From Anthoceros angustus (taxonomy: Eukaryota > Plantae > Anthocerotophyta): 58,286 nucleotides of DNA. Position 1 is the first letter of the stretch, and the number at the start of each line of letters is the position of its first letter. Shown here one piece after another: positions 24,301-35,095 of this stretch. The stretch is from positions 1 to 58,286 of the forward strand of contig VJWM01000331.1 of assembly GCA_010909165.1 (NCBI GenBank), given 5' to 3'. The translations under genes and the position numbers were made by a program. The notes beneath the pieces were generated by a model. That model saw only the letters and a program-made list of their open reading frames with translations. It was not told the origin of the DNA and searched no databases.

Positions 24301-25034
24301 TCTCACATGTGAAGCTGCGAAGGAATGCTTGGGCAATACTCTTACTCTGTCGCATGGAATCGCGGAAATCTTCAACAAGGCCAAGAGGTGCACACTTCTT
24401 CCGTGAAACCCTTTCGGGCTAAGAACAAGAGACTTGTATAAGCGGATCGGAAACTTCCTCATCTTGGTATGCCTTTGTGGTGCACAAAAGTGAACTCGCT
24501 CGCCTTCATTGAAGTCCAAAGTAGCCCAAACAACCCGACCCGCTCTTGCTCTCGATTTGGCGAGCCCCCTATATCCCATGATCCACAACTTCAACAAAGG
24601 GTCCATGGCGCATTGCGGTCGATGGTATGGATCCCACACAAGCATCCAGTCCTTCTCCACAACCACAACATTGTCTGCCCGGATACACTGATATGGATGA
24701 TCTCCTCATATGGTAGTGAATCGATGGAATAGGTTGTTTCGCTCTTACCAACCTTCTTAGTCCCTTGCTCTCCAACAACCTTTGTGGGGATTTTGGCGGA
24801 GGATGCCCGATTTTGCTTGCCCCAGAAGAATGCGCCTTGTTGGAGCATGGCTTCGGATGGCAAGATGTCTCCAACCGGCGACCTGGATGGAGGTGCCTCC
24901 GCGATGTCCGCCGTGGGCGCGGGTGCTGCTCTCGCCTTTGAGCTTCCTCTGGCCTTCTTGGGCTTCTGCCGCATGGCGGGCAGGTCATATTCCTCCAAAG
25001 GCTGGTCCTTCTTGCTCCTCCTGCCGCTTGCCAT
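21350..25034 (-). pseudogene. Multi-domain gene remnant: unknown N-terminal domain, acidic/low-complexity linker, ParB/Sulfiredoxin-like domain, helical region, amino-MTase-like domain
   Basis: Starts MASGRRSKK (ATG 25034). VRLFCVMIDP...YVMGVLGGNHTHAAMKHL (GGNHT 23201-23215)...VEAHVYCGLT...HN; possible intron donor GTATGT near 22450; then the MTase motifs. Many frameshifts; fusion into one protein is inferred. Confidence 0.6.
21660..22250 (-). pseudogene. Beta-class amino (N4C/N6A) DNA methyltransferase-like domain remnant, copy 2
   Basis: RMIVMHG...SFVWDKTNMNNDRGGFETVEYITI...AYQRPLGLMMRLITTF / KEGDWVVDACSGAHTTLLAALL (uninterrupted frame) / CIAIEADL at 21678-21825. No DPPY/SPPY motif recognisable. 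Confidence 0.72.
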
Positions 25035-25700
25035 CTTCAGTCTCTGCAATTGAAGGCAACCCCACTCCGTAATCACAAAAGAGATGCACAAACAGCCCTG
25101 GTGACCGCTAACTCACACTCCGAAGATCGCGCCTCTCAAGAGCTTGGCCTTTATCCGCTTGCGAGCTTGCTGTCCGCAGCAAAGTTGCGCTCAACGAGCT
25201 TGCGGTCTAGGCGGCGGGCGGCGGTGTGGCGCCTCACTCCCGGCATGCGGCGATCCGGCGGTGGTGGTGCGCTCGGCAGCGACAAGCGGCGGTCCACGGT
25301 GGTGTTTCGAAATCACAGGCGTGAACTCGTCGGTGCCTTACAAGCGGTAGCCCTTAAGTTCAAAGAGGAGGCCTTAACGAGGCGAAGTTAAGCGGCGTGT
25401 AAAAGTAGGGTTTTCTTCCATAACCCCAAATGGTTTTCATAACCGTGTTTCTCTAAAATAACCCGCTACCTTAAACTCAATTTTGAGCTTACTATTTTAG
25501 CACCCGCCGCCATCAACTTTTCGCCGCGGTGGCTGCGCAATTATGCTTGGATTTTCCGTTACAATCACATGCCTGACCGTCAACCACTTCATTGTCCGCA
25601 CTTATTTGAGGCAATCCCATCAACCTCTTAGGCGGTGGCACTCGGGGATGCGAGGGCCGGCGCCATATAAAGCCAGGAGGGAGGCTTGATGTCAGCTAGC
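25035..25700. promoter_or_regulatory. Putative bidirectional promoter region between the divergent genes of element X
   Basis: Non-coding spacer conserved in copy 2 (~50000-50560), e.g. GTAGGGTTTTCTTCCATAACCCCAAATGGTTTTCATAACCGTG. Function inferred from gene layout only. Confidence 0.3.
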
Positions 25701-26399
25701 CACTACGGTGCTCTGCAAAGTCTTGTGCTTTCCTTCCTTGCGCATTCGATAAGTGCGTGCGATGTTGCATTTGGCCTTTACGCTGCGGAGATGAGGTTGG
25801 TCTTGTTTCGCCATTGTCTTTTCCACGCATACCATTCATGATAGATGCAACTTGTGCAACGACCATGCACGTGGCGCGAGGAGGTTCAAGTGGAGGACCG
25901 GGCCCTCGCAATTCAAAGAAATGGAGACATGGTCCGAGGAAGAGGCTCGCTATCTTGAACGCTCCTCCAAGTTCACATATTCGGTGCAATACCCACGAGT
26001 CCTCCACATGAAGGTTTGTTGTGGTTACCACTTTTCCCACTTTTGGAAGGCGGTCGTAGCTTGTTAAGTGTATTCGCACCGCCCATGTAGGCTCTACGCA
26101 GGCGTCGACACTTGGCGTCACCAAACATGCAGCGGTGTGCCTCACCCGCGGAATTTGCATCTATCTGTGACCATTGAGGAGCCCATCTACACGCCTCCCG
26201 GATCCGGTCGAGTCCTCATCCCTCAAGCTGCGTGAGAATGGACCACTGTTGCCGCAGGATTGTTTGATGGTGGTCACGGTAGAAGACCTCCCAGGCGGGG
26301 AGCACGAACCCTCCGAGGATGAAGATGAAGGCGACCCACACTGCACCGCGTCGGTCGTTCCATCCCAAGCGGGGTGAGGGCGGCGTCAAGCGAGCAAAG

Positions 26400-27855
26400 C
26401 ATTGCACCTCAAGCGGAGACCAGCTGGTGTCACATTGAAGAAAAGTGAAGGAGAGGTAGTGACGGCGGTTCGAAACCATGTTGCAATCAAATGTGCTTGC
26501 GGTGACAAAGAAAAGTTTCGGGGAGCGGTACCGATTCCTAAGGATGGGCGGGCGAGCAAGAGACATTTCTAGAGTCCTTGGTTCAGAGAGGGGATGTGAA
26601 AGGGGTAAAGTATGCACACACATTTTGGGGTCCATTAGGTCTGTTCTTGCTTGAAGGCATTTAGAAGAGTATATTGCATAGGGCACAGATATGAGGAACA
26701 AGAGCGAGAATCATTTGAATGCCCGTGGGATGGTTTCGTGCCTAACCCCAAACCCAGCCTTCTTATGCTGGGGGGCGATATCCGGATGGATAAGACATTT
26801 CTAATGATGGCCGCGGTGCCGAACGTGGAGGTCTTCAACCTTCCGGACACATACACAAGGTTGGAAATATGGAGTATGGTTCTGGTGCGCTCCTGATTTC
26901 ACGTGCTCACTCTGCCGTCACACTGGAGTGGGAACCTGGATCCTGATCCGATCAAGGTAATTGTTACCACTTTCGGAGGCTGGTTGACATGCATGGGAAC
27001 TTATGACAATGGTTTTCTTGAGTGGGGAATGGTTGTTTTGAACTCGAGGCTTTATGGGCAAGATCCCTATAACCGGGTCTTGAGATCTTTGTATGATGGG
27101 ATGGGGTGCGGCCGATGGGCGTAGTCCATACAAAACCCTTGGGATGAAACCACGAGAGGCCATGTACATGTGGTGGGGCCGGCGGCCCGGTGGAGGCCAA
27201 GAACCCTATGGTGCCGTTAGAAGAGATGGCGGGCGGCGGCCCACCTCAGTGCTCTTTAGCACCATAAAATTCCGTCGAGGATACCAATGCCAACGCCCAC
27301 ATGGCGGAAGGACCGGGTCACCCTACAATTTTATACATGTGGTGGGGCCGGCGCGCCCTCAAAAGCGAAGGCATGGATTGTGGTTGCTCGTGAAATGCGA
27401 CAATTGTTTGCAAATGCGCTAGGACGGAACATGAAGGTTCTTCCTCCGTTGATTTGGCGGGGCGTCGCCCGGTGTCTTGTCGACATAGGAGGGTCCTTCA
27501 TATCTAATCGGATGTCTCTTCAAATGTACGGCGAGTGTGTATGTTTTCAAAAGAAAATATCAAGCGGCTTTAGATGCCCATCGTTTGCGGTTACATCGAG
27601 CGGTGAAGATGGCGAAAACAAGCAAGAGTTATGTAGAACCACATATGTACCTTCTACTTTCAATCGATGGAATGGACCAAAAGAAGACGGAGATTCCCCA
27701 TCTACTTCGATGGCCAAAGAACTTGGATGAGGAGTGCCGTATTCAGGTTCATGTGGTTGGGTGCATGATCCAAAATTACACGTTTAAGGCAAGAGCTTAC
27801 TTGCATTATGCGAACTTGCGGAATGATGCCAATCTCACGATTACCATCATCCAGG
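26400..27855 (+). pseudogene. Sola-like (DUF7869-type) DDD transposase, copy 1, cut by a CACTA insertion
   Basis: KPCCNQ..., KAFRRVYCIG, KCDNC (27391-27410), LLLSIDGMDQKKTEIPH (27663-27680), VHVVGC, NDANLTITII, then an abrupt switch to CACTACAAGAAA. Confidence 0.75.
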
Positions 27856-30800
27856 CACTACAAGAAACATGGTGTCCATGTTATGGTGTTTTATAACAGG
27901 ATTCGGGGTTTTTGTAACGTTTATGCCGGTTTTGTAACATGGATTAGGCCGTGTCCCGGGCCTCGGATCATTACAAAACACATATGAAGGTCGTGACAAC
28001 AAAATTTGTTACACACTTTGGGCCCGGTTTGGTGGAGTCGAGTCGGTTCCGCCTTGTCGAGTTTGTGGCCTTTCCGGTCCACGCATTAATTACCCATCGG
28101 GTTTGTTTTCAAACTTACGCTCGACATCCCCTCCGCTCCCGAATCATTCCGGCCGCGTACCGGTCCTTTCGGCGGTGTCTGTCCTGTCCCGACATTGCCG
28201 CCCGCCCGGACATGTGGCATGTACATCCCACGGGCCCCATGTCGTCTCGAACCGCCGACATACGTCCGATCGTATGTCGGTATGCCGTCATGTCCGCTCA
28301 TTTGATACATACGTCGTGCATCGGTGATGCTATCTGAAGTCGCGTTATTTGGTCAAAATCACAATACACCGGGTTTACCCACCTAAGCACATGTCTATGT
28401 CATTTCATGGGTTTTGTAGTTTCGCGGCCTCGACATCTAATTATACTCGCGGGCGTGTTGGCTATTCGCTCATGACACTTTTGCGCCTTTGGCTCTTTTT
28501 CGCATTCCGTACAGTGCTCCTTTCCGCTTTGTGCCTTTCCATCGTTGGTTCTCTTGATGGATGGTTGCAGGCCCTCCACATTGCCGTCCATGACCGTCGC
28601 ATGAGAAGAAACATTAGTGCAGAACTAACGGGCAAACCTCATGAGTCCATCAAGACGTCTCGATTTCGCGCCTCTCTCTTCGACGGAGGCCTTTGTCTTC
28701 ACCGCCTCGTCGGCGCCTTATGCCAAGGCGTGGCCACCTATCGCCCGCTTCTGTCCGCTCGAGCAGTATACACTTCCTCGAAATCGTCGTTGTCGATGCC
28801 CCTCCACCTAGTGACTCCGATGTGCATATGTGTGAGATGCGCTTTTTCCATTCCGCCGTTGTCTTCATCCCCATGCGCCCCCCCTTCTGCATACTCTTCT
28901 CCGTCCCTCTCGTCCTCCAGCACCCGTCCTCGGAATTTGTGTCCTCGTATGTGTCATCCCCATCCGGCTCTTCCCCACCGTCTTCATCCTCATCAGCACC
29001 AACATCCGAATCGAATTAATTCCGCACCTTACAGATTGCGTTTGGCCTCAAGGGTTTTGGCATCGCGTTGAGCCCTTATTATGACCCGCAGATCTTTGTA
29101 AAGTCGCCGTGGTTCTCCCGCTTCATCACATCCAGTTCATGCATTTTCGCTAGTGGTAGTGCACCAAATTCGCATTCTTTCGGTTGGGGCTCTCCCATAC
29201 TTTTCTTGGAACTTGAACTCCCCCAGTAGCGTCCACTGGCCCCATGGGTTTGGCCCTTGTCCATTGGATTTCTCCAATCTCGCCTTTCAAGCGATGCCTT
29301 GACGGCAAAAGTTCCGTGTTATCGAGTTCAACTCGTGCCCATGTGACAATATCCCTCCACACCTTTTCATCCGATGGAGGTTTCAAAGCTGCTTTTTTTC
29401 CCTACTCTTCTCCGCTAAGGCGTATGCCTTTCTTGCCTCCACATATCTGTTGTTCCGCGTTGGTGTCTAAACTCCGACCTAATCATGGACTTCACCAGAG
29501 ATCGGGGAAGCCACACCAGTTCCTTCCTCCTTACTGCGACAAGTCGCTCCATTTGCCCGGAATCTCGCTTTGCGCTTTGCTGCGGATGACTTCCATGAAC
29601 TTCTTGTGCGTGGCGACACAGGCCACCAAATGTCAATGGTGGCGGCCGGCGTCGCCACATTCCCTTCCTCTTGCCCGCCACTTGTTAGCTCCAACGGTTG
29701 GTCCGGACCCACCGCAATCCCCTTTTAGTAGTATTGCTCCGACCAGCTCCTTGTTGTCCATGTCGTCCGCACTGGCCCATGTTTGACAACATGGTGCCTC
29801 CGTGACCGCTGCTGCAAAATTCCCGCCCGCCGTGGAGTGCCAAAGCGAGCTCTGCGGGCACTACGGCGTGCCATTACACTCGGCATCTTCTTTGTGAACT
29901 GGAACCTCGTCGGGACATTTTCCTCCGGCGAGGTCCTCCCAACATCCATGTCCTCCTCGCATCGCATCCGGATCCCATATGGCATTTCCATGTGCTCCCA
30001 ATGTCCACCCTTAGAAATTCTGCGCCACATCAGCACGACATCGCGGCTCGGTTTTGCCGAAGGCGTCGTATGCTTCCTTCGACAGCAAATTCATGTCACC
30101 GTGACCAAAATGCAGGCGGCGCGCAGCTTTAGTATCAAGCGGACATCATGAACATGTTCAAACTAGTGTATAAAGGTATAGGCGCCGAAACCATGTCTTG
30201 TCTGGAGTTCTCCTGGAACCAGAGGTGCGGACTCACGAATCTTGGGTCCCGATGTGCAAGGCATTTCGTGCCGTTAGGATAAAGCGCCAAGATGGGAAGG
30301 CGGCGTAAGCGAGATGGCAAACCGGCGGAATGGCGCAGATTGTAGCCTCTTTCAAACCCGTCGATTCCGCCCCCTCACGCATGCCGCGCCGGACAAAAGA
30401 CCACCCGTTTGCACTTGACTCCTGCCCGCGCCATGTGACCGAAATCACCAGCAAAGGGAAACTTGTTCCGACTCCATCTCGACATGGCGGGCGAAACCGC
30501 CAGACCCTCCCTCCGCCTTGCCCGGCGGCGGTCCGATGTTTTCAATTGATGGAATTCGGAATAGTTTTTGACACGGCAATTTATTGCACATCCTTACATG
30601 CGCGAGAGCGATGGACTCGCCCGATCGGCTACACGACTGACCGTTTTCCATTCCTGTTATCCCGCATGCCACCCGTTCTCATTCCAATTGCATGGGCGAC
30701 GCATAGGGTGACAAGTGTTACACGCGTTCCTTTACTCCTCTTCGTTACAACCGGCTTTGCAGCGTGCCGGAAGGCAAGTTTCATACATGAATCTCGCCGT

Positions 30801-33800
30801 TCACAATGCAATCGCAACAAGCCGCACGCCAAACACGCCGTTGCGCCTTTCCATCTAAGAAAGGGTGTGATATTCATTCCATTTCCTACTTCTTCCTCAC
30901 ATGAGGGCTGGTTACCAAGTCTGGTCTCTATTCCAAAGAGAGGCGGGTGCATACCGAGCTCCCAATCGGATTACTCCCCAATGACGCGTCATCCTCCCCA
31001 TATGTGCACACATTACGCAAGAATCGAATCACGAACCGCTTCACCGCAAGTTCCTCCGTGTTATCCGGCATCTCTTTGTATTTTCGGGATGGCGTGTTGT
31101 CCGTGTATGGCGCGTGGGCGATCGATGCCTTCTCCTTCAAATTCACCTCCGATCGTGCACCCGGACCTTCATCCGCTCGCCTCCACAGACAATGTCCTAG
31201 GGTATGGATGTGTGCGGGTTCGCACACATCCTCCGGCGCCCTCCTTGAACGCGCGCCACTTTTGGTGTCCGTTCGGTCATACCGCGTCGCAGAAAAGAGA
31301 TGACTCGTTCGCATCTCCATCCATAGGCCCTCACCATTTATAGGCGGTCGTGGGTGTCGGGCATAATGTGTCCACGTTTAATTGGATATTAATATATACC
31401 ATTCTCCAAATTTATGCGGCATCGTTGGTTTGCCAAGGATCATGTCGGTTCCGTGCCTACATATGTCACATGTCGGTTCCGTGCCTACATATGTCACATG
31501 ACCACATGTCGTATGTGGAAAATGTCCATATTTTCCGCATACATGCGCGCATTTATAGGCGGTCGTCCTTGGGTGTCGGAATAATTAAGTACCATTAGTC
31601 GATTAATACATTATTGAATGTATTAATACACTATTCGATATGTCATCCATTATCCAAGGATAATTCATCCGTCCTCCCAACCTCTTGTCTATATATGTCA
31701 CATTAGCTTCATGTGTATGTGGTGTCCATACATCCATATGCCTCGTCCTTGGGTGGCGGGAATCAATAAGTACCGATGTCGGTTTTCGATGTTTTGCTAC
31801 ACACCATTATCGAAGGGTATATCCTCGGCATCCCATCTTTACGCCTATACATGGCACATGACCTTCATTGCGATGTGGTACATGTCCATGTGTTCCGTAC
31901 ATCACCCTCACCATTCACTTGTTTTCGCAGACACACCTACATGCTTGTCGGGCAATGGGTCTTGCGGGCGTGCATCATGAACAAAATCTTCTTGCGCTAA
32001 CTTGATTCCCGTGCGCTTGTGCGGGCGCGTGCCCGGCTTCTGTCGTGCGTAATGCGCCGTGATGCGGCGCATTTCTATAATTCATCGATGGTTAGCCATT
32101 CCTCGGGCCATTGTTCCAAAGCTGCGTTCTGCGCTCCGCAAGCTTGTCTTTTGTGGCGACTCTTCACTTTCATGCGTTTAGTCCTTCCGCGCCCGACCTT
32201 CCCGCTCACCCCGTTTTGTGCACTTGCAGCATCGGTGGAAAGTGTCTCGGCAATGGCGCGCATACGCCGCAATAGGGATCCTTTTCGGCGGAGATGGAGA
32301 GCATCATCCGCGGACACAGGGTCGGCACAGGCGTCTCGCCATTGCCCTCGCGCCCGCAATCGAAGAAGGAGCTCCCTGGGTTCTGCTGAGTCCCGCAGAT
32401 GCCTTGGATGCTTTCGCAGCGCGTGCGAGGAGGTAGGTGTTTACTTGAAATCACACGGTGGATGGACTTGGTCGGCTCGATGTTTGGGCTTGGTTCGTGG
32501 ATGAGCGCCAAACTTGGTGGGTCCTTCTTAAAGGTGGAGAGGCAGCTGCGGACAAAGCCCGCCATAAATGACCAGGTCGCCACCTTCCATATGGTGGATA
32601 GTTTTTGGAAAAGAAGACGATGGCATAGAGCGGAATTGTTGTTGACTTCGAACATCCGACATCTCGGGAATAGTGCGGTATTATGCATCTCTTGTTATTA
32701 GCCTAAAGGCGAATTGAGCTTGTAAGCGTCCATACATGCGGGGTAGTAGAGGTTTCGTTAGTTAGGGTTTCAATGGATCGTTTCACTTCCTATCGAAGCC
32801 GTCACGTTGTCCATCACGCTTCCCTCCTTCGTCCTCCCTCCACCCCGTGCGGGAGTGGGCACGGCTAATGCCCACCCCTCTCTTCGTCATCAGCATGTAG
32901 AATACATGGGTCACTTGATTTGGCCATATGAATGGGGTATCGACATCATCGCGTCGTGCAATAGCGCCTAGTGAACACGCGGTGGAAACCGTGATCGTTT
33001 CTATCAACGAAGGAGATCTGCCGTGCTTGCACTCGAACCACTTCACCTTCGTGGATGAGTGGTTCGTACCCCAGCAGACGCAGGATTTCTTGGACATGGC
33101 CATAGTAAGTCCGCTCCCTCGCCCCCCATGACGTGCGGGTGAACACACATCACTGTGTCTTTCGACTCTTAAATGCGATCGGTGGCTTCCTTACATGCCA
33201 TGTGCTGTATGCGTGGCCCAAAGGGACGGCCGTCCATAGCTTCACCACATCGTCGGTGAGATGGGTGAATCTTCCGAATCTCTGCCGGCATGGATCCATG
33301 CGAAAAGATGGCTCTCGTTACTCCTTGTTCCACTTCCTCCTTGTCTGCAAGAATGGGTCTAAGATTTGGATGTGGACCAAGATGAAAGTGTGGACTGGTG
33401 CAACTCGCGTCGTAAACTTGTATGGGCGTCCCATGCCTAATGCCTTTCTGTCGCATTCTTCATGAACTTATCGCTCCAAATATGGGAGGGAGGATAGTGT
33501 TCACTAAGGACGACTTAGCATCTGACAAAGATTCCTCCCTCACATATCCCTCCGCCATCGCCCTCGGGTTTTCTGACTGTCTAATAGTGTCCTTCCGCTC
33601 CCCAAATACCTCTCCACAGGATACATCCAGCGACACTTACGGGCCCAATGCCGCAACATCATCCACCAAGTGAATAATGAGATGCGTCGAAAATATCAAA
33701 CAAGTTGGGTGGAAATTCTCTTTCCGGTGACACATGACCGATGCACTCTTGTTGCATTCTCCCAACCTCATGCCCCGGAATCCGGCGTTGGCATATCCAG

Positions 33801-34305
33801 ATATAGTTCTTGGCGTTCACGCTTTGTATCGAGGGCTTGATTCGTCCCGTAAGACAATAGGAAATAAAATCTCCATGACAACATGCCAATCATGAGCTTT
33901 GAGGTTTCCCAGTTGCGGGCCTTGATTTTGCAGCGATGTTTGATGCGTATCCGATTGGTAGTAACATCTCCACAAAAACCATATCCAAGTCCGGCATGGA
34001 CAAGACATAAGGAGCAGGCAAGAAGGTCTCCCTATTCCCTGGCAATGGCCATAGCTCTTGCTTGCCCCCGCATTCCTCCATGTCTAAATGGGATCGTAGA
34101 TCATCTTTCTCTGCTATGAAGGTCTGCCACAAAGCCTCTGCATTGTTCTTCTCAATGTGCATCACATCCTTTTGTGTCCACCTCAGCATGTGTCTCCAAT
34201 ACGGTAGGTAATCAAACCATATGCTTTTGCGGCATGTGCCAAACTTGCCTCTCTCCCTCAACTCCGTTGTTGCATTATCTCTCTTTTCCATATACGCCAT
34301 CCCAG
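27856..34305 (-). mobile_element. CACTA (En/Spm) DNA transposon, 3' part; 5' end lost
   Basis: Terminus CACTACAAGAAA at 27856, preceded by AGG (candidate 3-bp TSD half); TGTAAC/GTTACA-type subterminal motifs; Tnp2-family transposase at the other end. Confidence 0.92.
32800..34300 (-). pseudogene. CACTA transposase C-terminal half (Transposase_21 end, DUF4218-like, DUF4216-like)
   Basis: KSIWFDYLPYW...DVMHIEKN; LPAPYVL; PIGYASNI; LKAHDWHV; FPPNLFDIF; YYGHVQEIL; KVKWF. Confidence 0.9.
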
Positions 34306-35095
34306 CGTGGTGCTTCCTTCACTTCCCGTGCCCTTGCACTCGAGGTCCTGATCCTTTGGGGCATGAAGGTTGAGTAGGCGCCGGCGCCCTCTCGCCTCCA
34401 TACCCACATCCCCCGCATCCGCCATGTCCTCTTTCTCGAGGACGAACCTGCTGCCCCGGTGCCATCTTGCTCTCACTTTGTGTGGTGGAGGGTTGAGGCC
34501 CAGCGCGGCCGGCCCCTGCACCTTCCTTGAATCTTATAAACCGGTCCGGAAGCTCTGGCGGCTCTTGGTACACATGACACAGGGCGGCCGGCTGCGCCCG
34601 GCCACATCCGGGTCATATTGCATGGTGAACCCTCACGGAAGGTCGAGTTAGAACATTGGGAAGGTCTCGGCATCTCTGATTCCTGCGCCCCGGATCTTTT
34701 TGCAGCTTGACCAAGCTGGTAAAGCCCCATCGTCCTCGTCGATGGGCCAAGCTCACTCTCCTCATGATCTTCTTCCATACCTTCCACCACATCACCAGTT
34801 TTGTATGAGGCTTGGGCTCGACGCATAGACATTTCCTCTTGTGGGCCCTCATAGTTGTGTAATCTTTTCGCACGCATGAGTGCCCCAACTAGTGGTGCCT
34901 CGGAAGATGGTAGTACAACATATCCACGTCTGACTCTCACATGTGAAGAAATGAGAAGGAATGTGGGCAATAGACTCACTGTCGCATGGAATCGCGGAAA
35001 TCTTCAACAAGGCCAGGACACTTCTTCCAATGAAACCCTTTCGTAAGAACAAGACTTGTACAAACGCGGATCTGAGAAACTTCCTCATCTTGGTA
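34305..35095. repeat. Element X copy 2, left fragment (matches ~23625-24469)
   Basis: Colinear with copy 1 (e.g. CCTTCCTTGAATCTTATAAACCGGTCCGGA) up to the Gypsy insertion point CTTCCTCATCTTGGTA. Confidence 0.9.

Larger units (their letters stand above)
20485..27855. mobile_element. Element X copy 1: large putative DNA transposon unit with divergent ParB-MTase-like gene and Sola-like transposase; ends undefined
   Basis: Sub-segments recur at 6349-8311 and at 34305-35095 + 49516-52630. It contains a transposase and a second gene. No TIR/TSD found. Confidence 0.65.

Noticed and set aside
28349-32700. Many 60-340 aa ORFs inside the CACTA element (e.g. 30330-31343, 28349-29071) as host genes
   Set aside because: No recognisable motifs; probably antisense or shadow ORFs of a decayed, spliced CACTA ORF2 in GC-rich sequence.
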